A DNA stretch of 64,000 nucleotides. Source: an uncultured Alphaproteobacteria bacterium. GTDB lineage: Bacteria; Pseudomonadota; Alphaproteobacteria; Acetobacterales; Acetobacteraceae. The stretch covers positions 119,916 to 183,915 of the forward strand of contig CAWBPF010000005.1 of assembly GCA_963790515.1 (NCBI GenBank), written 5' to 3'. The notes under the pieces were generated by a model. The model did not search any database. It was given only the letters and a program-made list of their open reading frames with translations, and was not told where the DNA came from. The translations under genes were made by a program, and so were the position numbers. This document shows, piece by piece, positions 9,135 to 18,702 of the stretch (its first letter is position 1; every line of letters begins with the position of its first letter).

Positions 9135-11804
9135 TTAGAACTGCTTCCATTCCGCATCGCCGCTGGCCGCCGCTCGCCGCCGCACCGCCGTCGTGGCGTC
9201 AGCCTTGGGTCCGCTCGACGTCAGCGGCCGCGTCGGACGCACCACCGCCGGTGGCTCCTTGGCGCCTCTGAACGCACGATCCGGTCCAGCCGTGCCGGTT
9301 GCCTTCAGCCTGTTGGCCGCGGGCTTCATGGACGCCGCGATAAAGTCATCCGGCAACCTGAACTGAGCCACCATCTCGGCCATTGAACTCGTCTGGTCCT
9401 CCATGGATTTCGCAGCCGCCGCCGCTTCCTCAACCAGCGCCGCGTTCTGCTGCGTCACCTGATCCATCTGCACGATGGCGTTGTTGACCTGCTCGATGCC
9501 GCCGCGCTGCTCCTGCGATGCCGCCGAAATCTCGGCCATGATGTCGGTGACGCGCCTGACCGACTGCACGATCTCCTCCATGGTCTTGCCCGCCGTGTCG
9601 ACCAGTCTGGAGCCCGATTCCACCTTCGACACCGAATCCGAGATCAGTCCCTTGATCTCCTTCGCCGCGTTGGCGCTGCGCTGAGCCAGATTGCGAACTT
9701 CCGCCGCGACAACAGCAAAGCCGCGTCCCTGATCGCCGGCGCGCGCCGCTTCGACCGCCGCGTTAAGCGCCAGGATATTGGTCTGGAAAGCGATTTCGTC
9801 GATCACACCGATGATGTCGGCGATCTTGCGGCTGGACTGGGTAATGCCGTCCATGGTGTGCACCACTTCGGCCACCACCGATCCACCCTTGATCGCGACC
9901 TCAGAGGCAGAGGACGTCAGTTTGTTCGCCTGCTGGGCATTTTCCGCGTTCTGGCGAACCGTGTTGGTCAGTTCCTCCATGCTGGCAGCGGTTTCTTCCA
10001 GGCTGGCCGCCTGCTGTTCGGTCCGCTGCGACAGGTCGGTATTGCCGGTCGCGATCTCCCGCGCCGCGATCGTCAATGTCTGCGAGGTCTCGGATATCTC
10101 CGCGATGATCGTCGACATCGTATCGATCAGCCCGTTCACCCCTTCGCACAGCTGGGCAATCTCGCCGGTCTTGCCCTCAATCGGAATGCGCTGGCGCAGA
10201 TCGTTCTCTTTGGCTGCCGTAACGACATCCTGAGTCTGCCGGACAGCAGCCTGCAGCGCTTCGGATGCGGCAACCTGGGCCGTGATGTCGGTGGCATATT
10301 TCACGACTTTGAACGGCTTGCGGTCCGGACCCAGGATCGGATTGTAGCTGGCCTGGATCCAAATCTCCTTGCCGCCGCGGCCAAAACGCTTGTACTGGCC
10401 GGCATCGTATTCGCCGCGGGCCAGTTTCTCCCAGAACATCCGGTAGTCCGGGCTCTGCCGGTAATTCGCCTCGACGAACATCGAATGATGCTGGCCGACG
10501 ATCTCATTTTCCGAATAACCAAGCGTGCTCAGGAAGTTGTCGTTGGCGCGAAGGATCTTGCCGTCAAGCGTGAACTCGATGACCGCCTGGGCCTTGTTGA
10601 CCGCCTCGATCTGGCCGCTGAAATCTGCGTTCCTGATCACCTGCTCGGTGATGTCGGTGGCATACTTGACGACCTTGAACGGCTTGCGGTCCGGACCAAG
10701 AATCGGGTTGTAGCTGGCCTGAATCCAGATCTCCCGGCCGCCCCGGGCGATACGCTTGTATTGACCCGCATCGTAGTCACCACGTCCAAGCTTGTCCCAG
10801 AACATCCGGTATTCGTTGCTCTGACGGTACGCCAACTCCACAAACATCGAATGATGCTGGCCGACCACTTCCTGCTCACTGTAACCAAGCGTGTTCAGGA
10901 AGTTCTCGTTGGCGCGAATGATCTTGCCGTCAAGCGTGAACTCGATGACCGCCTGGGCCTTGTTGACCGCATCGATCTGCCCGCTGAAATCCGCGTTCCT
11001 GATGATCTGCTCGGTGATGTCGGTGGCATATTTCACCACCCTGAACGGCTTGCCGCTCTGATCGAGGATCGGATTGTAGCTGGCCTGGATCCAGACCTCC
11101 CGGCCGCCTTTGCCGATGCGCAGATACTGGCCGGCATCATACTCGCCTCGACCCAGCTTGTCCCAGAACAAACGATAATCCGGGCTGCTCCGGAATGCCG
11201 GAGTAACGAACATCGAATGGTGCTGGCCTTTGATCTCATTCAGCGAATAACCAATCGTGGCCAGAAAATTCTCGTTCGCGGTCAGGATCGTGCCGTCCAG
11301 CGCGAACTCGATGATCGCCTGCGATCGGTCGATCGCGGCAAGCTGTGATGTCTGAGTCCGCACATCAGTCACATCAGCCCATTCAAGAATAAACCCGTCA
11401 GAGCTGCCATCGGCATTGCGGGCCGCGTTGACGTTCAACGAAATCTTCAGCGACCCCACCGAAATGTCGGTGTTGAAAGGCAGGTTGGCCGGGTTGGACA
11501 GCAGTTTGCGCTGATGCGCCGGGTTGGCGTGAAACAGGTCAATGCAGGTGCCAACGATCGAGTCGGGATCAAAGTTCGGCCAAACCTTGCGGAACGCCGC
11601 GAGGTGCGTGCTGAACAGCTCTTTCGAGCTCTCATTGAGGTAGATGACATTCAGGTCAGCATCAACCAGCATCACCGCACTGGATACCCGATCCACCACA
11701 CCGCGCAGTTTGGACGCGAACTTGGCTTCCTTGTTATTGGACGGGCTCGCCTGCTTGATTTGCGTGGCCGGCTTGGTCTTGGCTTTGATTGGGGCGCGAG
11801 GCAT
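9135..11804 (-). CDS. Soluble chemoreceptor: Aer2-like PAS, three PAS-PAC repeats, HAMP, MCP signalling domain, C-terminal pentapeptide
   Basis: [11 protein letters not shown]...EW first PAS; three 122-aa PAS repeats ([10 protein letters not shown]); [30 protein letters not shown]; ends EWKQF; no TM segment. Confidence 0.93.
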   Translation of the reverse strand: MPRAPIKAKTKPATQIKQASPSNNKEAKFASKLRGVVDRVSSAVMLVDADLNVIYLNESSKELFSTHLAAFRKVWPNFDPDSIVGTCIDLFHANPAHQRKLLSNPANLPFNTDISVGSLKISLNVNAARNADGSSDGFILEWADVTDVRTQTSQLAAIDRSQAIIEFALDGTILTANENFLATIGYSLNEIKGQHHSMFVTPAFRSSPDYRLFWDKLGRGEYDAGQYLRIGKGGREVWIQASYNPILDQSGKPFRVVKYATDITEQIIRNADFSGQIDAVNKAQAVIEFTLDGKIIRANENFLNTLGYSEQEVVGQHHSMFVELAYRQSNEYRMFWDKLGRGDYDAGQYKRIARGGREIWIQASYNPILGPDRKPFKVVKYATDITEQVIRNADFSGQIEAVNKAQAVIEFTLDGKILRANDNFLSTLGYSENEIVGQHHSMFVEANYRQSPDYRMFWEKLARGEYDAGQYKRFGRGGKEIWIQASYNPILGPDRKPFKVVKYATDITAQVAASEALQAAVRQTQDVVTAAKENDLRQRIPIEGKTGEIAQLCEGVNGLIDTMSTIIAEISETSQTLTIAAREIATGNTDLSQRTEQQAASLEETAASMEELTNTVRQNAENAQQANKLTSSASEVAIKGGSVVAEVVHTMDGITQSSRKIADIIGVIDEIAFQTNILALNAAVEAARAGDQGRGFAVVAAEVRNLAQRSANAAKEIKGLISDSVSKVESGSRLVDTAGKTMEEIVQSVRRVTDIMAEISAASQEQRGGIEQVNNAIVQMDQVTQQNAALVEEAAAAAKSMEDQTSSMAEMVAQFRLPDDFIAASMKPAANRLKATGTAGPDRAFRGAKEPPAVVRPTRPLTSSGPKADATTAVRRRAAASGDAEWKQF

Positions 11805-11848
11805 AGCTAACTCCTGGAATTTTGCGTGCGAGAGAATGCGGTATTTGG

Positions 11849-12409
11849 TCAGGCGGCCCTGGCGGTCTCAGCGTCGGCTGATCCAAGGCGAACATCAGGT
11901 ATCGGCGCAGCCTGAGCTTGGCTGCCGAACAGTCCGGCAAGCGACACCAGCGTGACCATCCGGTCTTCCAGGGCGACAAGGCCGTCCAGAAACTGGTCGT
12001 CGGTCAGCAAACCCATTTCAGGCACCGGGCGGATCGCTTTCGGATCGACGGAGATGATGTCGGACACTGTATCAACCAGTAGTCCGATGGTTCGTTTCCC
12101 CGCCGCCACGATGATCACCACGTGCATCTTGGTGGGCGTCGTCAGACCCATGTCGAAGCGTGCCCGCAGGTCAAAAATCGGGACGATTACCCCACGCAGG
12201 TTGATGACACCGCGCACGTGGGCGGGTGCGTTCGGAATCATCGTGGTGTCCGTCCAGCCCTTGATCTCACGGACGACCATGATATCGATGCCGTATTCCT
12301 CCTTGCCCAGCGTGAAAGTAATGAACTGTTTTGTATTCTCACCGACGGCGGGTCGATCAAGATCGTCCTGACCTGCGGTTGTGATCATCGATGGGCTGGC
12401 TGGATGCAT
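11849..12409 (-). CDS. cheW: Chemotaxis coupling protein CheW
   Basis: [39 protein letters not shown]. Confidence 0.96.
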   Translation of the reverse strand: MHPASPSMITTAGQDDLDRPAVGENTKQFITFTLGKEEYGIDIMVVREIKGWTDTTMIPNAPAHVRGVINLRGVIVPIFDLRARFDMGLTTPTKMHVVIIVAAGKRTIGLLVDTVSDIISVDPKAIRPVPEMGLLTDDQFLDGLVALEDRMVTLVSLAGLFGSQAQAAPIPDVRLGSADAETARAA

Positions 12410-12433
12410 CTCTCAAGTCCTCTCGAAGGTCAC

Positions 12434-14500
12434 TTAATGAATTTGGGCAGAAGCGCCGCTGTCGATCCATGCGCCGCCACGGTCGGGTCGTTTCGCGCTG
12501 GTCTGGCCATCGCGCTCACGCAGGCGCGCGATATCAAGGATCAGTGCAACCCGGCCATTTCCAAGGATCGTTGCGCCACTCACACCATCGACCGGGTCGT
12601 AGTTCGCTTCCAGGCTCTTCACGACCACCTGTTGTTGTCCCAGCAGTTCGTCGACGATCACACCTAACCGTCCCGCGCTCTCGCTTTGAACGATGATCAC
12701 GATGCCATGGCACGGATCAGTAATCGCATCGGCAATCACGAACCGTTCGTGCAGCGGGATGAGTGGTACGTACTGGCCACGAAGCGCCAGCACGTCCCCG
12801 CGTCCGACCACCGCATGAATATCGGCCGGCCGCGGCCGCAGGCTTTCAATGATTGCGGTCAGCGGGATGATGTACGTCTCCTTGCCGACCGAGACGACCA
12901 TGCCGTCAAGCACCGCCAGTGTCAGCGGCAACGAAAGGATGAAGCGGGACCCGAAACCGAATCGAGACTGGACGCTGATCCGGCCGCCTAGCGATTGCAC
13001 ATTCCGCTTCACCACATCCATGCCGACGCCCCGCCCGGAAATGTTCGACACCTTGTCCGCGGTGGAAAACGCCGGCAGGAAGATCAGATTGTCGATGTCC
13101 TCTTCACTCAGGACAGCGCCGGCCGGCACCAGGCCTCGCGCCTGCGCCTTGCTCAGCACTTTTTCCCGGTCGATGCCGCGACCGTCGTCGGCAACCTCGA
13201 TGATGATGCGCCCGCTGCGTTGCGCCGCCGCCAGATGGATCGTGCCCTGCCGCGGTTTACCGGCCGCCGCCCGCTGCTCCGGCGTTTCGATCCCATGATC
13301 AAGCGCATTGCGGATCATATGGGTCAGTGGATCGTTAAGCTGCTCGATAACGGTCTTGTCGATCTCGGTGGTTTCGCCAATCGTTACGATCCGCGCTTCC
13401 TTGCCAAGCGTTGCCGCCAGGTCACGCACGATCCGCGGCATGCGGGCAAACACCGATTTGACCGGCTGGGCGCGGATCGCCATGACGCTTTCCTGCAATT
13501 CCCGCGCGCTCTGGGCCAACGCCTCGATACCATGGATCAGCGCCGGATACTGGTCCGCCGGCAGCATACTGCTTTGCTCAGTCAGCATCGCTTGAGTAAT
13601 GACCATCTCACCGACCAGATTGACCAGACGATCGACCTTGTCGACATCAACCCGAATCGATTGGGTGGCCGCGGCCGCCGGCACAATGATATCACCCGGC
13701 TTGACCCCAACACTGGCGACATGCAACGCGGCATCGGGAACCGCCGCGGTTTCGACGCCGCCAACCGGCACGACCCGTATCGTCAGATCGCAGTCGTCTT
13801 CAACGAATTCGAACACTTCATGAATGGCACTCTCCGGAGCGCCGGTATCCAAAATGAAGGTCCAACTGAAATACGCCGCTTCCGGCTCCATCAGCGCCAG
13901 CTTTGGAACCCGTGAGCTGTCGACCGTCACGACCAGGCCACCCAGACGCCGCAACTGACGGATCAGCAGCAGCGGCTCGTTGGCCTTGCGCAGCATCTCG
14001 CTGTGCGGCGTGAATACGATTTCGTACCGATTCTCACCCGTCGCCCGCATGGCATCGCTATCCGCGACGGCCGGCCGAGACTTCGCCGGCGCCGCGTCTG
14101 ACGCCCCGACCAACATCTCTTCAAGCACCACCACGATGTCGGCACCGAAACCGTCGGGCAGCGATTGCTCGTCGCGCGCCGCAGCCACGATATCGGTCAA
14201 GGCATCGCTCGCACGCAACAGGACCTGCACAACATCCGGCGTCGTCGCGATCTTATGCTCCCGCATCGCATCCAGCAGGCTTTCGAAGACATGCGAGAAC
14301 GAAACGAGTGCGGCGAAGCCGAACGCCCCGGCACCGCCCTTTATGGAATGTACGCAGCGAAAGATCGCATGCAGGGTTTCGTCATCACCGCCGCCATTCG
14401 ACAGCAGGTCAAGATGCGACTGCAGGGCATCGAGCAGTTCGGCGCATTCCTCGAAATACGTCTTGCGGAACTGCGCGAGCGGGTTGGCCGCCGGCTCCAT
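12434..14500 (-). CDS. cheA: Chemotaxis histidine kinase CheA
   Basis: HPt IFRCVHSIKGGAG; SIRVDVDKVDRLVNLVGE; HMIRNALDHGIE; SGRGVGMDVV; C-terminal CheW-like domain. Confidence 0.97.
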   Translation of the reverse strand: MEPAANPLAQFRKTYFEECAELLDALQSHLDLLSNGGGDDETLHAIFRCVHSIKGGAGAFGFAALVSFSHVFESLLDAMREHKIATTPDVVQVLLRASDALTDIVAAARDEQSLPDGFGADIVVVLEEMLVGASDAAPAKSRPAVADSDAMRATGENRYEIVFTPHSEMLRKANEPLLLIRQLRRLGGLVVTVDSSRVPKLALMEPEAAYFSWTFILDTGAPESAIHEVFEFVEDDCDLTIRVVPVGGVETAAVPDAALHVASVGVKPGDIIVPAAAATQSIRVDVDKVDRLVNLVGEMVITQAMLTEQSSMLPADQYPALIHGIEALAQSARELQESVMAIRAQPVKSVFARMPRIVRDLAATLGKEARIVTIGETTEIDKTVIEQLNDPLTHMIRNALDHGIETPEQRAAAGKPRQGTIHLAAAQRSGRIIIEVADDGRGIDREKVLSKAQARGLVPAGAVLSEEDIDNLIFLPAFSTADKVSNISGRGVGMDVVKRNVQSLGGRISVQSRFGFGSRFILSLPLTLAVLDGMVVSVGKETYIIPLTAIIESLRPRPADIHAVVGRGDVLALRGQYVPLIPLHERFVIADAITDPCHGIVIIVQSESAGRLGVIVDELLGQQQVVVKSLEANYDPVDGVSGATILGNGRVALILDIARLRERDGQTSAKRPDRGGAWIDSGASAQIH

Positions 14501-14502
14501 GT

Positions 14503-14868
14503 TCAAGGACACACCCGCTGAACCAGCTCGATCAGCTTCTCCGGGCTGAACGGCTTGACCAGCCAGCCGGTCGCGCCCGCTGCCTTGCCTTCGGCCTTCT
14601 TCGTGCCGTCGCTTTCAGTCGTCAGGATCAAAATCGGCACACCACGATGCTGCGACCCGGTGCGCACGTTCTTGATAAGCGTGATGCCATCCATGACGGG
14701 CATGTTAAGATCGGTTATAATCAGATCGAATTTGTCGCCACCGAGCACCGCAAGTGCCTTCTTGCCGTCCTCGGCCTCCTTCACGTCGAAGCCGGCCTTG
14801 CGCAGGGTGAACGAAACCATGTCGCGCATGGTCTTTGAATTGTCCACCGTCAGAATCCGCTTGCCCAT
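14503..14868 (-). CDS. cheY: Response regulator CheY
   Basis: Single REC domain (ITDLNMP, LTTES, GATGWLVKPF) directly upstream of cheA. Confidence 0.93.
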   Translation of the reverse strand: MGKRILTVDNSKTMRDMVSFTLRKAGFDVKEAEDGKKALAVLGGDKFDLIITDLNMPVMDGITLIKNVRTGSQHRGVPILILTTESDGTKKAEGKAAGATGWLVKPFSPEKLIELVQRVCP

Positions 14869-14871
14869 CTC

Positions 14872-15210
14872 TCAGACCATCCACTTGCTGAATTCCGGCT
14901 GCAGACCGAGGTCGGCTAGCGCCGTCCGGAACACATCCGATGCATTGATAATTTTGAAAGCGCCGCCAGGCGTACGCCCGGCTGCCAAAAGCACCTGCGC
15001 GCAGGGCGTCGACATCCGGTCGACCGCACTCGCATCCAAAATGACGGCGCCCTCGCCTTGTAGCGCCGCCACCAGGTCCCGAAGGGACTTCGCCTCAGTC
15101 AGATCGAGAATCTGGGGCAATACGCGAACAGCGTCACCCGCTTCCCTCACGGATCGGGCGTCCTCATGATGGCCGGGCGTACCGCCACCTACATACGTGT
15201 CAACTTCCAT
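14872..15210 (-). CDS. STAS-domain protein heading the che operon
   Basis: LPQILDLTEAKSL...LDASAVDRMSTPCAQVLLAA; start codon uncertain (15210 or 15246). Confidence 0.8.
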   Translation of the reverse strand: MEVDTYVGGGTPGHHEDARSVREAGDAVRVLPQILDLTEAKSLRDLVAALQGEGAVILDASAVDRMSTPCAQVLLAAGRTPGGAFKIINASDVFRTALADLGLQPEFSKWMV

Positions 15211-15276
15211 ACGCGACGCACTCGCTTCCCGGAATGAGGCGGCCAAGATTTCGCCTCAAACACTAGGTGCTCTCCC

Positions 15277-15291
15277 TAAAGAAAAGGTTAA
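15277..15291. promoter_or_regulatory. Putative CtrA box upstream of the che operon
   Basis: TAAA-N7-TTAA (consensus TTAA-N7-TTAA, one mismatch) in a GC-rich genome; CtrA controls chemotaxis genes in Alphaproteobacteria. Confidence 0.45.
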
Positions 15292-15489
15292 CGAGCGCAC
15301 TGAACTTGCGGGATCTTGAAATGACATACAAAGACAAACCGCGTTTCGTCATGCATCTTGTCTGCGCGCCCGCTTACGACAAAACACGCTGACCCGGGCA
15401 CGCCGACCCGATTGACTCCCATCCCCTGGGACGGCACGCTTTCTTCACGCAGACACAACATAACGTCTGGAAAAACGGGGAAAGCGACC

Positions 15490-16506
15490 ATGCAACGTCA
15501 TAGAGTCTCGCGCCGGAAATTATTGACCGGCGCGGCGGGTGTCAGCGCGGCGGCGATCATGCACTGGCCGGCCGGCGCCGCCGAGTATTCATGGAAGTAT
15601 GGCAGCGTCCTGCCGATCACCCACCCGATGAACGCCCGCATCGCCGAGGCCGCTCCAAAAATCAAGGAAGCCACCGGTGGCCGCTTCGAATATGCGGTCT
15701 ATCCCAGCAGCGCTTTGGGTGGCGATACCGCGATGATCGCCCAGACCATCTCGGGTGCATTACAAATGTATTCTCTGGCGGGCGACATCCTCGCGCCCCG
15801 CAACCCGGCCGCCGGCATCATGGGTGTCGGTTTCGCCTTCCCCGGATACGGTCAGAACTGGGCGGCAATGGACGGGGAGCTTGGTCTTTGGTACCGCAAC
15901 ATGGCGCAGAAACAAGGCCTCTACCCGCTGGAAAAAGCCTTCGACCACGGCTTCAGAAATATCACCTCCCGCAGCAAGCCGATCAACACGCCCGACGATC
16001 TGCATGGCATGAAAATCCGCTTGCCGGTGGCGCCGACCCTGATCTCCCTGTTCAAGAGCCTGGGCGCTTCTCCCACCGCCCTCAACTTCGGCGAAGTCTA
16101 CAGCGCCCTGCAAACCGGCGTCGTGGATGGCCAGGAAAACCCGCTGCAGTTGATCGACGAAGCCAAATTCTACGAGGTGCAGAAATACGTCAGCATGACC
16201 GGCCATGTCTGGACCGGAATCCACTGCGCCTTCAACCTGGCGGCCTGGAAAAAGCTGCCGCCCGATATCCAGGACACCATCGGCCACATCATGACCGAAG
16301 CCGCGACCCTGCAGCGCGCCGACTGGATCCGCAACGATGACACCGTGACCAAGTCCCTGCAGGATCACGGTATGATCTTCAATACGCCCGACGTCACCCC
16401 GTTCCGCGCCCTGGCCGCCAAAAATGGTTTCTATGCAGAAGCGAAAAAGCGCATGGGCGACGAATCTTGGGGGTTGCTGGAAAAATACACCGGCCCGCTG
16501 GTCTAG
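15490..16506 (+). CDS. dctP: TRAP transporter substrate-binding protein (Tat signal)
   Basis: SRRKLL Tat motif; GFRNIT, GMKIRLP, EVYSALQTGVVDGQENP, YEVQKY. Confidence 0.93.
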   Translation: MQRHRVSRRKLLTGAAGVSAAAIMHWPAGAAEYSWKYGSVLPITHPMNARIAEAAPKIKEATGGRFEYAVYPSSALGGDTAMIAQTISGALQMYSLAGDILAPRNPAAGIMGVGFAFPGYGQNWAAMDGELGLWYRNMAQKQGLYPLEKAFDHGFRNITSRSKPINTPDDLHGMKIRLPVAPTLISLFKSLGASPTALNFGEVYSALQTGVVDGQENPLQLIDEAKFYEVQKYVSMTGHVWTGIHCAFNLAAWKKLPPDIQDTIGHIMTEAATLQRADWIRNDDTVTKSLQDHGMIFNTPDVTPFRALAAKNGFYAEAKKRMGDESWGLLEKYTGPLV

Positions 16507-16518
16507 GAGCCCTTCGGC

Positions 16519-18396
16519 ATGACCATCGGAGTCTCCAATCTGCCCCTGACAACCGCCGACCGCTCCGGCCTGCGTCATGCCGCCTTCCTGCTGGACCGAG
16601 GCATCGGTCTGATCACCGAAAGCATCGGCGCTGTCATCGTCGTCCTGGAAACCTTCATCCTGTTCGCCGGTGTGGTATCCCGCTACGTCTTCGACAACCC
16701 GATCATCTGGACCGACGAGCTGGCGAACTTCCTTTTCCTATGGCTCTCCATGCTCGGAACCGTCGTCGCCCTGCGCGCCGACGGCCATATGCGCCTGACC
16801 ACCCTGGTCAGTTGGGTCCGCCCAAGCGTCGGACGCTGGTGCAACGCCGTCGGCGCGCTCGTCGTCATCGCCTTCGTGCTGCAGATCCTGATGCCAGCCC
16901 TGATATACCTCGATGAACAGCAATACACCGAGCTAACGACCCTGGGCATATCCGAAGGCTACCGGGCCGTCTCCATCCTGTTCGGCATGAGCCTCGCCGC
17001 GATCATCGCCATCCTGCGCCTGATCGAAACCACAACCTGGCGCGACTTCATCCTCGCGGTCGCGGTCGTCGCCGGCATCAGCGCCCTGTTATGGTTCTTC
17101 CAGCCGCAACTGACGCAGATGGTCTTTGGCAGCCTCTTCGTCTTCTTCGTCATACTGGTCGCAGCCTGCGTCGCCATCGGCGTGCCGATCGCCTTCGCCT
17201 TCGGCATCGCCACCATGTCCTATCTGTCCACCACCACCGACATGCCGCTGTCGGTCGTCGTCAACCGGATGGACGACGGCATGTCAAACATGCTGTTGCT
17301 CTCGGTGCCGATGTTCGTCTTCCTCGGCCTGTTGATGGAGATGACCGGCATCGCCCGGGTCATGGTCAACTTCCTGGTCGCCCTCGTCGGCCACGTCCGC
17401 GGCGGCCTCTCCTATGTATTGCTCGGCGCCATGTACCTTGTCTCCGGCATCTCCGGCTCGAAAGCCGCCGACATGGCTGCCGTCGCTCCGGTGTTGTTTC
17501 CCGAAATGCGCCGCCGAGGCCAACATCCCGGCGAACTGGCATCCCTGCTGGCAACCTCCAGCGCGATGTCCGAAACCATCCCGCCATCGCTGGTGCTGAT
17601 CACCATCGGATCGGTCACCAACGTGTCGATCTCCGCCCTGTTCACCGGCGGCCTGCTGCCCGCCCTGGTCGCCGCGATCGCCCTGGTGATCGTGGCCTGG
17701 TGGCGCTCCCGCAAGGAGGACACCGGAAACCGCACCCGCGCGCCTCGCAGCGTGGTCCTGCGAACCTTTCTGATCGCCCTGCCTGGCCTGACGCTGCCTT
17801 TCGTGATCCGCGCCGCCGTGGTCCGCGGCGTCGCCACCGCGACCGAGGTCTCCACCGTCGGCGTGGTCTACACCGCCCTGCTCGGCCTGCTGATCTACCG
17901 CCAGTTCGATTGGCGTCGCATCTACCCGCTGCTGGTCGAAACAGTCGCACTGACCGGTGCCGTCATGCTGATCGTCGGCACTGCGACGGCCATGGCCTGG
18001 GCCCTGACCCAGTCAGGATTTTCCAACTGGCTCGTTGCCGGCATGGCCAACGTGCCCGGCGGACGGGCCGGCTTCATGGCCATCACCGTCATAACGTTCA
18101 TCTTCCTTGGCAGCGTGCTGGAGGGTATCCCCGCCATCCTGCTGTTCGGCCCGCTGCTGCTGCCGGTCGCCCGCGCCATGGGCGTGCACGAGGTGCACTA
18201 TTCGATTGTCGTGATCCTCGCGATGGGCATCGGCCTGTTCGCACCACCCCTGGGGGTCGGCTTCTACGGCGCCTGCGCCATCGGCAAGATCTCACCTGAC
18301 GACGCGCTTTGGCGGATCTGGCCCTATATATTCGCGCTGGTGGTCGCGCTGGTCATCGTCGCGGCGGTGCCCTGGTTATCCGTGGGATTCCTTTAG
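16519..18396 (+). CDS. Fused TRAP permease DctQ-DctM
   Basis: SRYVFDNPIIWTDEL (DctQ); ISGSKAAD, IPPS, ATEVS, PPLGVG (DctM). Confidence 0.93.
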   Translation: MTIGVSNLPLTTADRSGLRHAAFLLDRGIGLITESIGAVIVVLETFILFAGVVSRYVFDNPIIWTDELANFLFLWLSMLGTVVALRADGHMRLTTLVSWVRPSVGRWCNAVGALVVIAFVLQILMPALIYLDEQQYTELTTLGISEGYRAVSILFGMSLAAIIAILRLIETTTWRDFILAVAVVAGISALLWFFQPQLTQMVFGSLFVFFVILVAACVAIGVPIAFAFGIATMSYLSTTTDMPLSVVVNRMDDGMSNMLLLSVPMFVFLGLLMEMTGIARVMVNFLVALVGHVRGGLSYVLLGAMYLVSGISGSKAADMAAVAPVLFPEMRRRGQHPGELASLLATSSAMSETIPPSLVLITIGSVTNVSISALFTGGLLPALVAAIALVIVAWWRSRKEDTGNRTRAPRSVVLRTFLIALPGLTLPFVIRAAVVRGVATATEVSTVGVVYTALLGLLIYRQFDWRRIYPLLVETVALTGAVMLIVGTATAMAWALTQSGFSNWLVAGMANVPGGRAGFMAITVITFIFLGSVLEGIPAILLFGPLLLPVARAMGVHEVHYSIVVILAMGIGLFAPPLGVGFYGACAIGKISPDDALWRIWPYIFALVVALVIVAAVPWLSVGFL

Positions 18397-18702
18397 CACC
18401 TCTGCACAGGGGTTTTGATGGGTTGGCAGATTGGCCTTCCAGGCCATGGAACTGGCACTCGCCACTTACCTCCGGAGGGTAGTTCTCGCTCCCAGACAAG
18501 CCGCTTCGGCGGCCGCAGAGGATCTATCCGCTGAGGTCTGCTTCGCGCCCGAGCCCGTCGTTTATGCGTTCGGCGCGGTTTGCGGAATCAGCCGTTCGGC
18601 CGAGCGGTCGCTTTGGCGGCAGTGGGCGGACCTGAGACTGTCTGCCTCCTCAATGGCCATCTCTCGATTGACCATCGCCGCACCGATTGGGTGGCTTGGC
18701 CG

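Noticed and set aside
18530-18640. Degenerate GTCYGC...GCGGAC-like hairpin motifs at island edges (also near 23690 and 51715)
   Set aside because: Too degenerate to align convincingly by eye, and no recombinase in the window.
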